A stretch of 64,000 nucleotides of DNA from an uncultured virus (IMG/VR IMGVR_UViG_3300008108_000201). Lineage: Duplodnaviria; Heunggongvirae; Uroviricota; Caudoviricetes. The stretch lies in the IMG/VR virus record IMGVR_UViG_3300008108_000201; one strand, written 5' to 3'. Below the pieces are notes generated by a model. That model had not been told where the DNA came from. It saw only the letters and a program-made list of their open reading frames with translations, and did not search any database. Shown piece by piece: positions 48,668 to 58,802 of this stretch (position 1 is its first letter; every line of letters starts with the position of its first letter). The position numbers and the translations under genes are program-made.

Positions 48668-48926
48668 GTATCGTCAAATCTATAAAAGAGAGGTTTTCGA
48701 ACTTACTTACCATGGCGGTGGAGGCTTTTCATGGTCTGAAGTCATGGATATGCCGGTCAACGAACGCCGTCTCAATATCAGGTTTATCAACGAGCATCTA
48801 GAAAAGCTCCAAGAAATACAGAACGAGCGCCAGACCGTTACTGCCGATAAACCTTTGATTTCTAAGCCAGATATCAAATCTAAGGTAGAACCTCCTACTT
48901 ATGTCTCGAAGGTAAAAAAGAGGTAA
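48639..48926 (+). CDS. Frameshift extension or small partner of the tail chaperone
   Basis: Frame open 48639-48926 with no start codon until ATG 48744; overlaps a T9 run at the end of the upstream gene. Confidence 0.6.
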   Translation, partial: QRNFFFPGVEYRQIYKREVFELTYHGGGGFSWSEVMDMPVNERRLNIRFINEHLEKLQEIQNERQTVTADKPLISKPDIKSKVEPPTYVSKVKKR

Positions 48927-48955
48927 ATAGCTATTTATTTAGAGAATAGTACAGT

Positions 48956-51331
48956 ATGGCCGATAGAATGACAAAAAAAGAAAGAGAAGAGCAAGAAGCT
49001 CTTGCTAGGAGCCAGGTAGGTGCAATAAGGGAAGAAGATCTTAGCCTTATGAACCAGTATCTTGCTATGTCTTTGAAGATTAGAAAGGCTAAGCAAGAAG
49101 AGTTAGGATTACAAAAAGAAATCAAAGAATTAGGGAGAAAGGCCGTTATTGATGCAAACAAGTACAGTAAGGTTACTACAGAGGTTAAGAAGTTAGAAGA
49201 AGAATTAGCAGAAAGAAAAAAAGCTAATTCTACTACAGCAAATAAAAACCTAATTAAACAGATCGAAAGAGAATTGGGTGCTGAAAGAAAGAAGCAAGCA
49301 GCTCTTCAACGTACCGCAGGCGGACAGTTAAGAGCTATGGAAATGGAGGCAAAGAAAAAGAAAGATGCTCTTATTACTGAAAAGAAGTTGATTGCAGACA
49401 TAAATAAAGAAAGAGGAGTTGGCGGTAGACTTGCAAATCTCTTTAGAACAAAAGAAGAAAGACAGCGACAAATCGATATTGCTCGAGCTAGAGCAGGCGG
49501 AGGAGCAAATATACCGCCTGGTGGAGGCGGAACCACAGCAGGCGCAGCAGGCGCAGGCGGAGGCGGTGGAGGTAAAGGCGCAGCAGCCGGAATATTAGGG
49601 GTACTGGGAATAGCTGGACTCGTAGCTGGTATTAAAGCAGGGTTAGATAAGTTATCTGCCCCTTTTAAAGCTATAGGAGGATTAATAAAGAGTAGTGTTG
49701 CAGCTCCATTAGCTCAAGCATCAGGTCTAGTATCAGGAGGAATTGGAGGAGGCTACGGGGTAGGCGGTGGAGGTATTTCCGGTACCGGCGCTACAAGTCT
49801 CCTTGGAGGCTTTCAAGACATAATCAGCAAAATCCCTATCATAGGAGGTCTACTTGGTGGATTAGTCGGTATACTTAAAGGGGTTGTTGATCTAGTATTA
49901 GGTATCGATCAAGGATTAACTAATTTTGCCCGTAATGTAGGTATCTCAAAAGATAGAGCTAAAGGAGTAAAAGAAGAGTTTAGAGCTATAGCTAAGGCTA
50001 GCGATAATATAGTAGTTAACGAGACTAGATTGATGGAGTCTCAAGCTGAACTCACAAAAGCACTCGGTGTCAGAAGTCAGTTTACTAGCAGTATTCTCGA
50101 GAATAATATCAAGCTAAAAGAGATTGCAGGCCTTGAACTAGAAACGAGAAAAGCTATAGCACAAACTAGTGTTACGACGGGCAGAAACGCTGAAAAGCTT
50201 ACAAAGAGTATTTTAGCTCAATCCAAAGCATTTGAATTCGAGACTGGTGTTGCATTTGAATTCAGAGAGGTACTGACTCAAGCCAGTAAACAAGCCGGCG
50301 TTCTTGGACTGACCTTTACAAAATACCCTGAAAAGCTTGCTAAGTCTTTGATGATAACTAAAGCAATGGGCTACGAGATGAAACAGCTCGACGGAATCGC
50401 TAGTAGTTTCCTAGACTTTGAAGGTAGTATTAGTAAAGAGATGGAAGCTCAAGTATTAACCGGCAAGGAGCTTAATCTTACTAGAGCTCGTGAAGCAGCT
50501 CTTAATAACGATCTCGTAACTCTTGCAAAAGAGATTAATACTCAGGTAGGAAGTACTGATGAGTATTTACGGATGAATAGAATACAGCAAGAAGCAATCG
50601 CAGAATCCGTAGGTATGACTAGAGACGGTTTAGCTGATGTTCTTAAGCAGCAAGACTATTATAGAAAACTTGGCGCAACCAATTTAAAACAGGCTCAAGA
50701 AGAGTTAAGAATACTAAAGCAAAGAGGTTTAACACAGGCAGAAATAAGCAAAAAGATCGGAGAAGATGCATATAACTATATTACGCAAACTTCTACTGCC
50801 GAACGTCTTACTGAGACAATGAACAGAATCAAGACTATCTTTATTGAGTTCATTGAAAAATCTGGTATCTTAGATTTTATCACTAACCCTCAAAAAATTC
50901 AAGGCTTTGTTACCGGGCTTATAAACAGATTAGCTGGAGCCGTTCAAATGATAGGGGATATTGTAGCAAGTATATTGGATCTCATAGGTAACGTAGCCGG
51001 GTTCTTTGGCGGTAATGCAAATAAGTTCAAAGGTCTTGCAAGCTCTGTAAGAGCAGGTACTGCAGGATTTGCAGGAGGATTGAGAGGCGCTGCCAACACC
51101 ATAGGCGGAATGAACTTTGGCGAAGCTGCTCCTTCTATCGGTACAACTGTAGAGCAAGGTACTAAACAACAAAATGTAAACGTAGGCGGTGCTACTAAAG
51201 TAACAGGAAAAGAAACAGGTAGTGTAAATGGAACTCGTAATACAGGGGACGTTTATTTAGACGGTCAGAAAGTAGGTTACATTATACTAGGAAATAATGC
51301 TAACCAGTTATACGGACTAGATAAAGCATAA
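48956..51331 (+). CDS. Tape measure protein
   Basis: Long helical protein with Gly/Ala-rich hydrophobic segments and FLDFEGSI..EMEA..LTGKELNL..AR; follows the chaperone. Confidence 0.75.
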   Translation: MADRMTKKEREEQEALARSQVGAIREEDLSLMNQYLAMSLKIRKAKQEELGLQKEIKELGRKAVIDANKYSKVTTEVKKLEEELAERKKANSTTANKNLIKQIERELGAERKKQAALQRTAGGQLRAMEMEAKKKKDALITEKKLIADINKERGVGGRLANLFRTKEERQRQIDIARARAGGGANIPPGGGGTTAGAAGAGGGGGGKGAAAGILGVLGIAGLVAGIKAGLDKLSAPFKAIGGLIKSSVAAPLAQASGLVSGGIGGGYGVGGGGISGTGATSLLGGFQDIISKIPIIGGLLGGLVGILKGVVDLVLGIDQGLTNFARNVGISKDRAKGVKEEFRAIAKASDNIVVNETRLMESQAELTKALGVRSQFTSSILENNIKLKEIAGLELETRKAIAQTSVTTGRNAEKLTKSILAQSKAFEFETGVAFEFREVLTQASKQAGVLGLTFTKYPEKLAKSLMITKAMGYEMKQLDGIASSFLDFEGSISKEMEAQVLTGKELNLTRAREAALNNDLVTLAKEINTQVGSTDEYLRMNRIQQEAIAESVGMTRDGLADVLKQQDYYRKLGATNLKQAQEELRILKQRGLTQAEISKKIGEDAYNYITQTSTAERLTETMNRIKTIFIEFIEKSGILDFITNPQKIQGFVTGLINRLAGAVQMIGDIVASILDLIGNVAGFFGGNANKFKGLASSVRAGTAGFAGGLRGAANTIGGMNFGEAAPSIGTTVEQGTKQQNVNVGGATKVTGKETGSVNGTRNTGDVYLDGQKVGYIILGNNANQLYGLDKA

Positions 51332-51334
51332 AAT

Positions 51335-51565
51335 ATGGACTTACTAGATCAAATCGAGCAATCCCAGCTAAGCAAACAAGGCAGAACAAATCCTTCGGGT
51401 ATTTTTGAAGGAGTGCCTTCTAATGTTACTGCAACAATAAGAGGCGGGTCTGTACCTAGAGCATCATCTATAGTTCCAGTATCTGAAAACCCAATTGATG
51501 TTACGTATGGTGCAAAACCTCAACCAACTTATTTAGATTTTATTAAATCAAGCACAGGACGTTAA
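51335..51565 (+). CDS. Small hypothetical tail-module protein
   Basis: 76-aa ORF closely coupled to both neighbours. Confidence 0.6.
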   Translation: MDLLDQIEQSQLSKQGRTNPSGIFEGVPSNVTATIRGGSVPRASSIVPVSENPIDVTYGAKPQPTYLDFIKSSTGR

Positions 51566-51566
51566 C

Positions 51567-53516
51567 ATGCCTCTAATTAATTTCAGAACAGATTTAACTA
51601 GTCTTCGCTTTGGCGGAGATAGACCTGGTGGCGGCAGTAGTAATCAACCCTACATGCAATTCCCTATCGACAACGAACAGGCACCGTCAGGAATTAGAGG
51701 TTATTATGAAATTAATAGAACTGCTTTAGACTTTCCTGTACGTGGAGGTGCGATAACTCAATTACTAACTGCCGGTTCTAGTATTGTATCGGCAACCTTA
51801 GATAGAGAGAGAATACAAAAGTTTTTCAAAGATGCCCCTAGAGGGACTGCTTTTATCGAAAAACAGCTCGGATTACAACTTACAAATCCGAGAATACAGG
51901 TACCTAATGCACTGACTTTCGCAGGTCCAAGCCTAGGTAATACTTTTTTACCCGTAACCAACGTATATAATCCCCTTAATACTCTCGCCCAGGTACAATT
52001 TCAGGGTACAGGAGCACATTTTAACAGGCATGGTGTTGGTCCTACCATTTACGAGAGACCGCAACAGACTTACGCCTACATTGTAGGTGCACCTCAAAAT
52101 AATACGCAAGCAACAAATAGACTTTCGATATTAAGAGCTTTAAAGCTTATTGGGTCTACCGACTTTATTACTAATCCTGATATAGTAGGAGGTACAGGAA
52201 TTGATCCTACGCTAGTAGATAGGTTGGGAATATCTCCTGTACAGAATCAGTTATTCAATTATTTAGGAGGGCCTGGTTCCGTATACGGGATCGGTTTTAC
52301 TAGAATATCTAGATATACTGATACCAATATAACTAAGATAAGTGAGACAAGACCTGACCCTAAATTTACTGTTGAAGGTAAACCTGGAGTAGCTTATTCT
52401 ACTATTGCATTAACATACCAGCAGATTGCTAGTCAAGGTACTGATACGCGTACACCTATCGATCAACCGATTAGAGATTTTAGAAATTTATTACCTGCTG
52501 GAACTCCAAGATCTAACTACAGCGATTTGAATATTGCAAACCCTTTTAACGGTACTGGCGGTTTAGGTATAGGTAATCCAGGAGCGGCTAGAGTAAGAGC
52601 TAGATACATTGACACTACTAATAACGGACAAGATTCGTTAAATATGCTAAACCTTTTAGCAAAAGGAGTAGAGAATCCTAATCAGTTTTTTTATAATCCT
52701 TACCAGAAGGACCCGTGGGAGGTTGCAGGCAATGAATCAAAGGATATAATCAAGTTTGCTTTCGAGTGCATAGATAACGATAATTTAAACTTTTCTACAG
52801 CACTTATTTTTAGAGCTTTCTTAGAGGGTCAAATTTCCGATAGTAATAGCGCAGAATATAATACTTTTAAGTATTTAGGTAGAGGGGAGACTTTTAGGAC
52901 CTATCAAGGATTTGATAGAACGATTGGATTCACATTCAAGGCTTTTGTTCAAAGCAGGCAAGAAATGTTACCAATGTACACTAAGATAAATCAATTAATA
53001 TCACAGGTATATCCAGACTATTCTCCCAATTATAATTTAATGCGGGGTAATGTTGTAAAATTAACTATCGGTGATTATCTTTATAGAATGCCTGGTTTCC
53101 TTGAAAACGTAAACGTAACTATTGATAACAATACTACCCCATGGGAAATATTACTAAATCAATTCGGTGCCGAAGATGATGTAAGACAGCTTCCACACAT
53201 GGTAACAATACAGTGTTCATTCAAACCAATAATGGACATACTACCTAGAAAGGTTAATAAAGAAAATCCTTTTGTGCCGTTGATTGCAAATAAAGATCGT
53301 TTCATTGATCCAACTGCAACAACACCTGCAGATAGACGAACTCTCGTTTCTACAAATAATTCGAATTCTACTGGTCTTGCTACAGGTGTACAGAATGCTA
53401 ACCAGGGACAGACAACACCCCTTCCCGCCTCACAAGTTCAACCTAGGAGAGGCGGTTTAGGCGGCTTAGGTGTAGAAGATTTCAATCTAAGTAACTCAGT
53501 ATTAATTGGAGGATAA
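51567..53516 (+). CDS. Baseplate / tail-tube initiator-like protein
   Basis: C-terminal FRAFL, YLGRGE.F.TYQGFDRTIGFTF, LTIGDY..RMPG and LPH resemble tube-fold baseplate proteins (gp48/gp54-like). Confidence 0.6.
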   Translation: MPLINFRTDLTSLRFGGDRPGGGSSNQPYMQFPIDNEQAPSGIRGYYEINRTALDFPVRGGAITQLLTAGSSIVSATLDRERIQKFFKDAPRGTAFIEKQLGLQLTNPRIQVPNALTFAGPSLGNTFLPVTNVYNPLNTLAQVQFQGTGAHFNRHGVGPTIYERPQQTYAYIVGAPQNNTQATNRLSILRALKLIGSTDFITNPDIVGGTGIDPTLVDRLGISPVQNQLFNYLGGPGSVYGIGFTRISRYTDTNITKISETRPDPKFTVEGKPGVAYSTIALTYQQIASQGTDTRTPIDQPIRDFRNLLPAGTPRSNYSDLNIANPFNGTGGLGIGNPGAARVRARYIDTTNNGQDSLNMLNLLAKGVENPNQFFYNPYQKDPWEVAGNESKDIIKFAFECIDNDNLNFSTALIFRAFLEGQISDSNSAEYNTFKYLGRGETFRTYQGFDRTIGFTFKAFVQSRQEMLPMYTKINQLISQVYPDYSPNYNLMRGNVVKLTIGDYLYRMPGFLENVNVTIDNNTTPWEILLNQFGAEDDVRQLPHMVTIQCSFKPIMDILPRKVNKENPFVPLIANKDRFIDPTATTPADRRTLVSTNNSNSTGLATGVQNANQGQTTPLPASQVQPRRGGLGGLGVEDFNLSNSVLIGG

Positions 53517-53824
53517 TGCAATCGAGATATCAAAACATACCAGTAACTAAGTTAGATGTAACCGGAAGCGCTTACTATCAAACTAACGTATATCCGACAA
53601 TACAGCCAACCGATAGTGATTACTATGTTATTACAACTGTAAACGACAGGCTAGACTTAATTGCTTTTGACTTTTATCAAGATTCAAGTCTTTGGTGGAT
53701 CATTGCTTCCGCAAATGCATTACCAGGAGATTCAATCTACCCGCCTATAGGTGTTCAGCTGAGAATTCCTACCAACATTCAGACCGTACTAAATAATTAT
53801 AACTTAGTAAATAATGGCTATTAA
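53516..53824 (+). CDS. LysM-like baseplate wedge protein (gp53-like)
   Basis: DRLDLIAFDFYQDSSLWWIIASAN...GVQLRIP. Confidence 0.75.
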   Translation: MQSRYQNIPVTKLDVTGSAYYQTNVYPTIQPTDSDYYVITTVNDRLDLIAFDFYQDSSLWWIIASANALPGDSIYPPIGVQLRIPTNIQTVLNNYNLVNNGY

Positions 53825-56800
53825 GTTATCAAATGTTATTGGTGCCCCGTTTAGTGACGACGTACTAAGACAGATAGCAATCAGAGCACGTCGTAATAGT
53901 ACTTTAAGTAGGTCTGGGGAAGATGTTTTATTTCTAGCCAATAAAACAGCATGGGCACGTCTTACTTCGTCTGTTAATATAGTTACCTTGACAGAGAATG
54001 ACAGAACTTCTTTTTTCTCTAGATTGAATCTAAGTCCTGGTGAATATCCTACCCCTGATTCATTAGCCCGAAATTGGATACTAGAGGCAGGAACATCAAT
54101 ACAAAATGGTAACGGTATTACGATAAGACAAGGAATAGGAGCAAACGGAGCATACGGCCTCGGAGGTACAGACGAGTTAGGATACAGACCTATGCCCGGT
54201 TTAGTATCGGTGCAAATCGAAACTACTGGACGTTTAGGATCCCTCAGGCAAGCGACTATAAACTTTAAGGTCTGGAATATGAACCAGCTTAATATTATTG
54301 AAGCTTTATATTTCCGCCTAGGCTACTCTATGCTACTTGAGTGGGGACATACTCAATACTTCTCTAATAAGGATTCTAACAACAACGATATTCCAGGCGG
54401 TATTTTCGTTTCAAACGGCATTTACGGAATCGATAACCCTTTCAGTTCGGGTAGAACAAAAGAAATAATTCAGCAAGATATCGCTAGAAAAGTAAGAAAG
54501 ACTTCTGGAAACTACGATGGAATGCTTGGTATTGTTTCTAATTTTAACTGGTCTTTCAATCAAGAAGGAGGTTACGACTGTAATATAAGGTTAATAGGTC
54601 TTGGAGCTATAATGGATTCATTGAGAATAAACCAAGCTTATACCTTACCGCAAGGAGAAATTAAAAAATTCAAAGAAAATCAGAGTGCATTAGAAAGGTT
54701 AGCGCAAAGTAATTTAGCAGCGCAAACTCAAGCTGAGGCAGGCGGTACTGAACAATTTAATTTAGAACCGTTACCTAAAAATCCTGCTGAACTTTTTGCA
54801 TTAGTAGCAAAGTATAAAGGTCCTCAAAACCTCACTTATCAGCAATTCATTCAAGATTATTTAGCTATAGGAATAGATAATTTTCAGACCGGTAAATATT
54901 TTGATACGCAATATGTAATTTTTGATCAATCAAGAACTAATCAAGACTTACAAACTTTAGAAGCAGTTAATCAAAAATTTGGAGGTTTATGGGTACCAAG
55001 AGGAAACGTATACTACAATTTAAATCCTGCAACTTCTACGTCAGTAACCTTAAATGTAAAGAGTAAAAACGGGAGTTCGATTACAAGTTTCGTAGACGAG
55101 TATTTCAGACTTAATCCAAATCAATTAACAGAAGCATATAAGGAAGGAGCCGTATCGTACGAAGCCCTAGCCCTGCTATTTCAACTCCAAACTAAAGACT
55201 ACGTTCTTTCTGGAACTAACGGACAAGTACAGACCGTCCCGTTAGACAGTATTCTCATCAGTACTGAAGCATCTCGTGTGGGCGGTAATGATAAAGTAGA
55301 AAACCAAGGAGATTTAATACTAAGATACAGTATTAGATTAGGTGCTCCTGCAAATAGAGACAAAGAAATTTATTTTAATTTACAAGGCGTAGTTGATAGC
55401 CCGGACGTAAATCGTCCGGTAACTAGAAAAATCGCAATCGAAGCCTTAGATAAATGGATAACCAGTGACGGTACAGCTACAGTATCAGAAGTTGAAGCCC
55501 CAGAAAGCGAGTTAGTGACGATAAAAGGTAGTTTTCAAACACCAGTAACAGTACAAAATACTACTAAAATAATCAACTGGTACTTTGAAACTAATAACCC
55601 CGGGTTTATATTATCTTCTGCTGAAGCTCAAACACCTCAGCCTGTTATCACCCAGGTTACACAAGAGGCTAACACAGGTGATAATAACGGACAGCTAAAT
55701 CAACCTGACACTCAACAGATCGATTCTGCAGAGAGTTTTCAATCTGCACTGCACGCTATGTTAGCGATTGTACAAGTAGAAAGCCAGATTGAAGCAAAGA
55801 ATGAATCGTTAAATAAACCTGTAATTCGAGTAGATATTACAAAAATAACTAACGACTTTTATAAAGGAGGTATTTTTGAAAAAGTACTTCTCACTACACA
55901 GAGTAATCAGATACAGAGTAATCAATTTGATATAACTCAGTACGCACTAAGAGGCTTCAATAGCGATTTTATCGCATACCCTGATGATAAGATCAATAAC
56001 GGAACATCAGCTCAATCAACAATAGCCGCAAATGTTCCTGTTGTAAATTTTGCAGATCTCTGTAAAGCTTATGTTGTAAGATATCCGAAAGTTCGTCCCG
56101 ACGGGTCACTTGATACCGTCCATATTCCGGTGTATATAACGTTTGGATATTTGCTCGCGTTCCTCAACAATATGTGCCTTATTTACGATTCAAAGCAAAA
56201 GACTGATTCCTTGCAGGAGTCGGTAGGCACTGAAAAACGTCCTTATGTTTACTTAGATTTTAATCCTGAAACTAATTTCTGTTTGAGCTCACCTCAGCAG
56301 CTAACTGTGGATCCTTACACTTGTTTAATTCCCTTTAATTCTACAAGTACCGAGTATAGAGAACTTTTTGCAGAAGGAATAAAGACTGATAATTTTTTTA
56401 ATCCAGAGAATCAAAACCGGGTTAGTGCTGCATTAAATAATTTTGGTTTATCTTATAAGTCAATCACCAACGTTTATCAAGGAAAGATAATGAATGTTCT
56501 CTTGAATATTGATTATTTATTAGGGCTAATTAAACAGTATGCAGGTGCAGATAAAGAACATGCTGTTAATTTACAGCCGTTTTTAGAAAGAATAACTGTA
56601 GATATAAACAAGTCTCTTGGTAATATAAACTCATTAAGGGTCGCTTATAGAGACGATGCAAATACGATACAGATAATCGATGATCAGTGGGTACCTAATT
56701 TAGACGAAGAGAAATCACTAATAGATAGACCTAAATATCTAGATAGTCTAAACCAATCAAAAGATCCGATTTTATCCGGACAGCTGCCAGTGTTCGAAGC

Positions 56801-58076
56801 CCCGAGTCTCGGATTAGATCAACCAAACGGAACTTTTAGTATAGCTAGAGAATTTCAATTTAAAACTACACTGTCTACTAAACTAGCAAGTACTATTGCT
56901 ATTTCTGCTCAAGCTGCTACCGGTTCTGTAAACGCTACAGACCATTCTTCTTACAGTTGGCTTAATAAAAATTATCAAGACAGGTATAAACCTTACGTAC
57001 AGGATCCTCCAAACAAGAACAAAGGTACAAATAGTAACACAGCCGGAAACGTAGGTAATGTTAACGAGACATCTAACGATCAAAAAGCAGCAGATACTTT
57101 TAACACCCATGTGGCGAGTATATATTCAAATCTTCAATTAACTGAAGAGAGGATCGATATGGCCAAGAATTACTACATAGAGAGAATGTCAAAAGTAAAG
57201 TCTACGAGTAGTACAACTACAGCAGCCCCTTTCATCCCAGCCGATCTAGAAATAACTATCGACGGTATCAGCGGTATAATAATGACTAATGCGTTTACCA
57301 TCCCCGAAAGTAGATTACCATTGTCGTTAAGAGCGGAAGACGGGTATACAAAGGTGGGTTTTATTATAACCGGGTTATCACATACTGTCGAAAATAATCA
57401 GTGGCTGACTAGGATTAAGGGGCAAATGATAAAACTAAGAGAGGATTCACTATTAAGAAATCGAATATTTACTTTCAATAGAAATCAGAGCGAATTTGCA
57501 CCCCCAGCCGGTACAGCTGCATCTACTACTATCACAAATACACCTTGGAGTGCTGCATTTATTAGTTACGTCATGCGCCAGGCCGGAGTGTCATTTCCTT
57601 CGAATGCAAGTCATGCTGGATATGCGCAATCGTTGAGAACTAATAGCAGGGGATTCGAGATCTTAGATCCTGCTAGAACACAAGTTAAGGTAGGGGATAT
57701 AGTAGTAAAGAATAGAAGAAATACTCAAGGAGTTTCAAATACCTTAACTTTCAACACTAATCCCTGGGACGGAGCAACTCACGGTGATATTGTAGTAAGT
57801 GTAAATAATAATATTATAGCAGCTATAGGAGGCAACGTAAGTAGTACGGTATTCAAATCTAACATTCCCTTAACGAACGGACTATTAGCCACAGGTACAA
57901 GTGCTGCTCCAAACTTTTTCGTTATTTTGAGACCTCCTGCTAGCTTCGTACAGGCAATAGTAGATGTAGCTAATAGAGAGTACGAATTATGGACATCGCA
58001 AAGATGGGTTGAGTCGACAGTTGCTGCGATTCCAACTTTGCGGCTTTACTACAATACTGTTAATATATTCATATAA
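53814..58076 (+). CDS. Large baseplate hub protein with a C-terminal CHAP-like (DUF2272-type) putative cell-wall hydrolase domain
   Basis: RPMPG, LLEWG and NYDGMLG in the N-terminal part; IDGISG and HTV..NQWLT hub-like motifs; C-terminal PWSAAFISYV, GDIVV, HGDIVV, IGGN. Confidence 0.7.
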   Translation: MAIKLSNVIGAPFSDDVLRQIAIRARRNSTLSRSGEDVLFLANKTAWARLTSSVNIVTLTENDRTSFFSRLNLSPGEYPTPDSLARNWILEAGTSIQNGNGITIRQGIGANGAYGLGGTDELGYRPMPGLVSVQIETTGRLGSLRQATINFKVWNMNQLNIIEALYFRLGYSMLLEWGHTQYFSNKDSNNNDIPGGIFVSNGIYGIDNPFSSGRTKEIIQQDIARKVRKTSGNYDGMLGIVSNFNWSFNQEGGYDCNIRLIGLGAIMDSLRINQAYTLPQGEIKKFKENQSALERLAQSNLAAQTQAEAGGTEQFNLEPLPKNPAELFALVAKYKGPQNLTYQQFIQDYLAIGIDNFQTGKYFDTQYVIFDQSRTNQDLQTLEAVNQKFGGLWVPRGNVYYNLNPATSTSVTLNVKSKNGSSITSFVDEYFRLNPNQLTEAYKEGAVSYEALALLFQLQTKDYVLSGTNGQVQTVPLDSILISTEASRVGGNDKVENQGDLILRYSIRLGAPANRDKEIYFNLQGVVDSPDVNRPVTRKIAIEALDKWITSDGTATVSEVEAPESELVTIKGSFQTPVTVQNTTKIINWYFETNNPGFILSSAEAQTPQPVITQVTQEANTGDNNGQLNQPDTQQIDSAESFQSALHAMLAIVQVESQIEAKNESLNKPVIRVDITKITNDFYKGGIFEKVLLTTQSNQIQSNQFDITQYALRGFNSDFIAYPDDKINNGTSAQSTIAANVPVVNFADLCKAYVVRYPKVRPDGSLDTVHIPVYITFGYLLAFLNNMCLIYDSKQKTDSLQESVGTEKRPYVYLDFNPETNFCLSSPQQLTVDPYTCLIPFNSTSTEYRELFAEGIKTDNFFNPENQNRVSAALNNFGLSYKSITNVYQGKIMNVLLNIDYLLGLIKQYAGADKEHAVNLQPFLERITVDINKSLGNINSLRVAYRDDANTIQIIDDQWVPNLDEEKSLIDRPKYLDSLNQSKDPILSGQLPVFEAPSLGLDQPNGTFSIAREFQFKTTLSTKLASTIAISAQAATGSVNATDHSSYSWLNKNYQDRYKPYVQDPPNKNKGTNSNTAGNVGNVNETSNDQKAADTFNTHVASIYSNLQLTEERIDMAKNYYIERMSKVKSTSSTTTAAPFIPADLEITIDGISGIIMTNAFTIPESRLPLSLRAEDGYTKVGFIITGLSHTVENNQWLTRIKGQMIKLREDSLLRNRIFTFNRNQSEFAPPAGTAASTTITNTPWSAAFISYVMRQAGVSFPSNASHAGYAQSLRTNSRGFEILDPARTQVKVGDIVVKNRRNTQGVSNTLTFNTNPWDGATHGDIVVSVNNNIIAAIGGNVSSTVFKSNIPLTNGLLATGTSAAPNFFVILRPPASFVQAIVDVANREYELWTSQRWVESTVAAIPTLRLYYNTVNIFI

Positions 58077-58078
58077 GT

Positions 58079-58747
58079 ATGGCATTGAGATACTATCCAT
58101 CAGCAGCTATAAACGAGAATAAGTACACTTCTGGTAATGAATACTTATTGCCTGATAAAAAACCCTACACCGGAAGATACTATACAATTTATGACGGAAG
58201 CTCGTTTACCGGAGTCAACCCTGTATTAGGCACAAACATCCCTTTAACTCCTGTAGTAGAAAGAGAGTCTACAGATGCTTCCTTATTAATTTCAGGACGC
58301 CCCCTGTTACCCGGGCAAGTCCCTAGTATAGTTGAACCTTACGCGTTATCAAGAGTACAAAACAGCCAAGGAGGAAGATTAAGGCTAACAGAGTTAGTCC
58401 CCTTCTTCCCTTCTCCGACAGAAGAAGATTATGCTAGAGGTTACTTCACTAGATACTTTGCAAAAACTGTCAGTGGACCGGGGTATGTATTTGAAATATC
58501 AAAAATAGATTGGACTAAGATCCAGAATGGAGATATCGAAGTGGAAAATATTTTGGGCTATGAGAGTATAGATATGCTATGGCAACTAACAGGTCCTTTA
58601 AACGATACGAGAATTTCTCAATATCAGATTAAAGGCGGTGTAGCAACTACTAACAAACGTGTCACAGAAAGTAAAAGTAGAGTGTTTACGGGATTGCTAG
58701 AATTTATCGGAGGCGATTATATTAAGTTTGCAAGGATCACTCCTTAG
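58079..58747 (+). CDS. Hypothetical baseplate-region protein
   Basis: YTSGNEY, YTGRYY, PTEEDYARGYFTRYF, WQLTG. Confidence 0.65.
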   Translation: MALRYYPSAAINENKYTSGNEYLLPDKKPYTGRYYTIYDGSSFTGVNPVLGTNIPLTPVVERESTDASLLISGRPLLPGQVPSIVEPYALSRVQNSQGGRLRLTELVPFFPSPTEEDYARGYFTRYFAKTVSGPGYVFEISKIDWTKIQNGDIEVENILGYESIDMLWQLTGPLNDTRISQYQIKGGVATTNKRVTESKSRVFTGLLEFIGGDYIKFARITP

Positions 58748-58748
58748 A

Positions 58749-58778
58749 GTTGGTTGAACCTGTAGAATGTCTTATTTT
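58749..58778 (+). promoter_or_regulatory. Host-sigma-type promoter GTTG-N20-TATTTT
   Basis: Upstream of the PolA-like gene; 20-nt spacer. Confidence 0.55.
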
Positions 58779-58802
58779 AAATAAAGGTTATAAATAAATG
58801 TT

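Noticed and set aside
49495..49790. GC-rich GGC/GGA repeats in the tape measure gene as foreign DNA or a regulatory repeat
   Set aside because: They simply encode Gly/Ala-rich linkers in frame.
55897..55925. Short tandem repeat ACAGAGTAATCA (QSNQIQSNQ) in the hub gene
   Set aside because: A 15-nt-period in-frame microduplication with no evident consequence.
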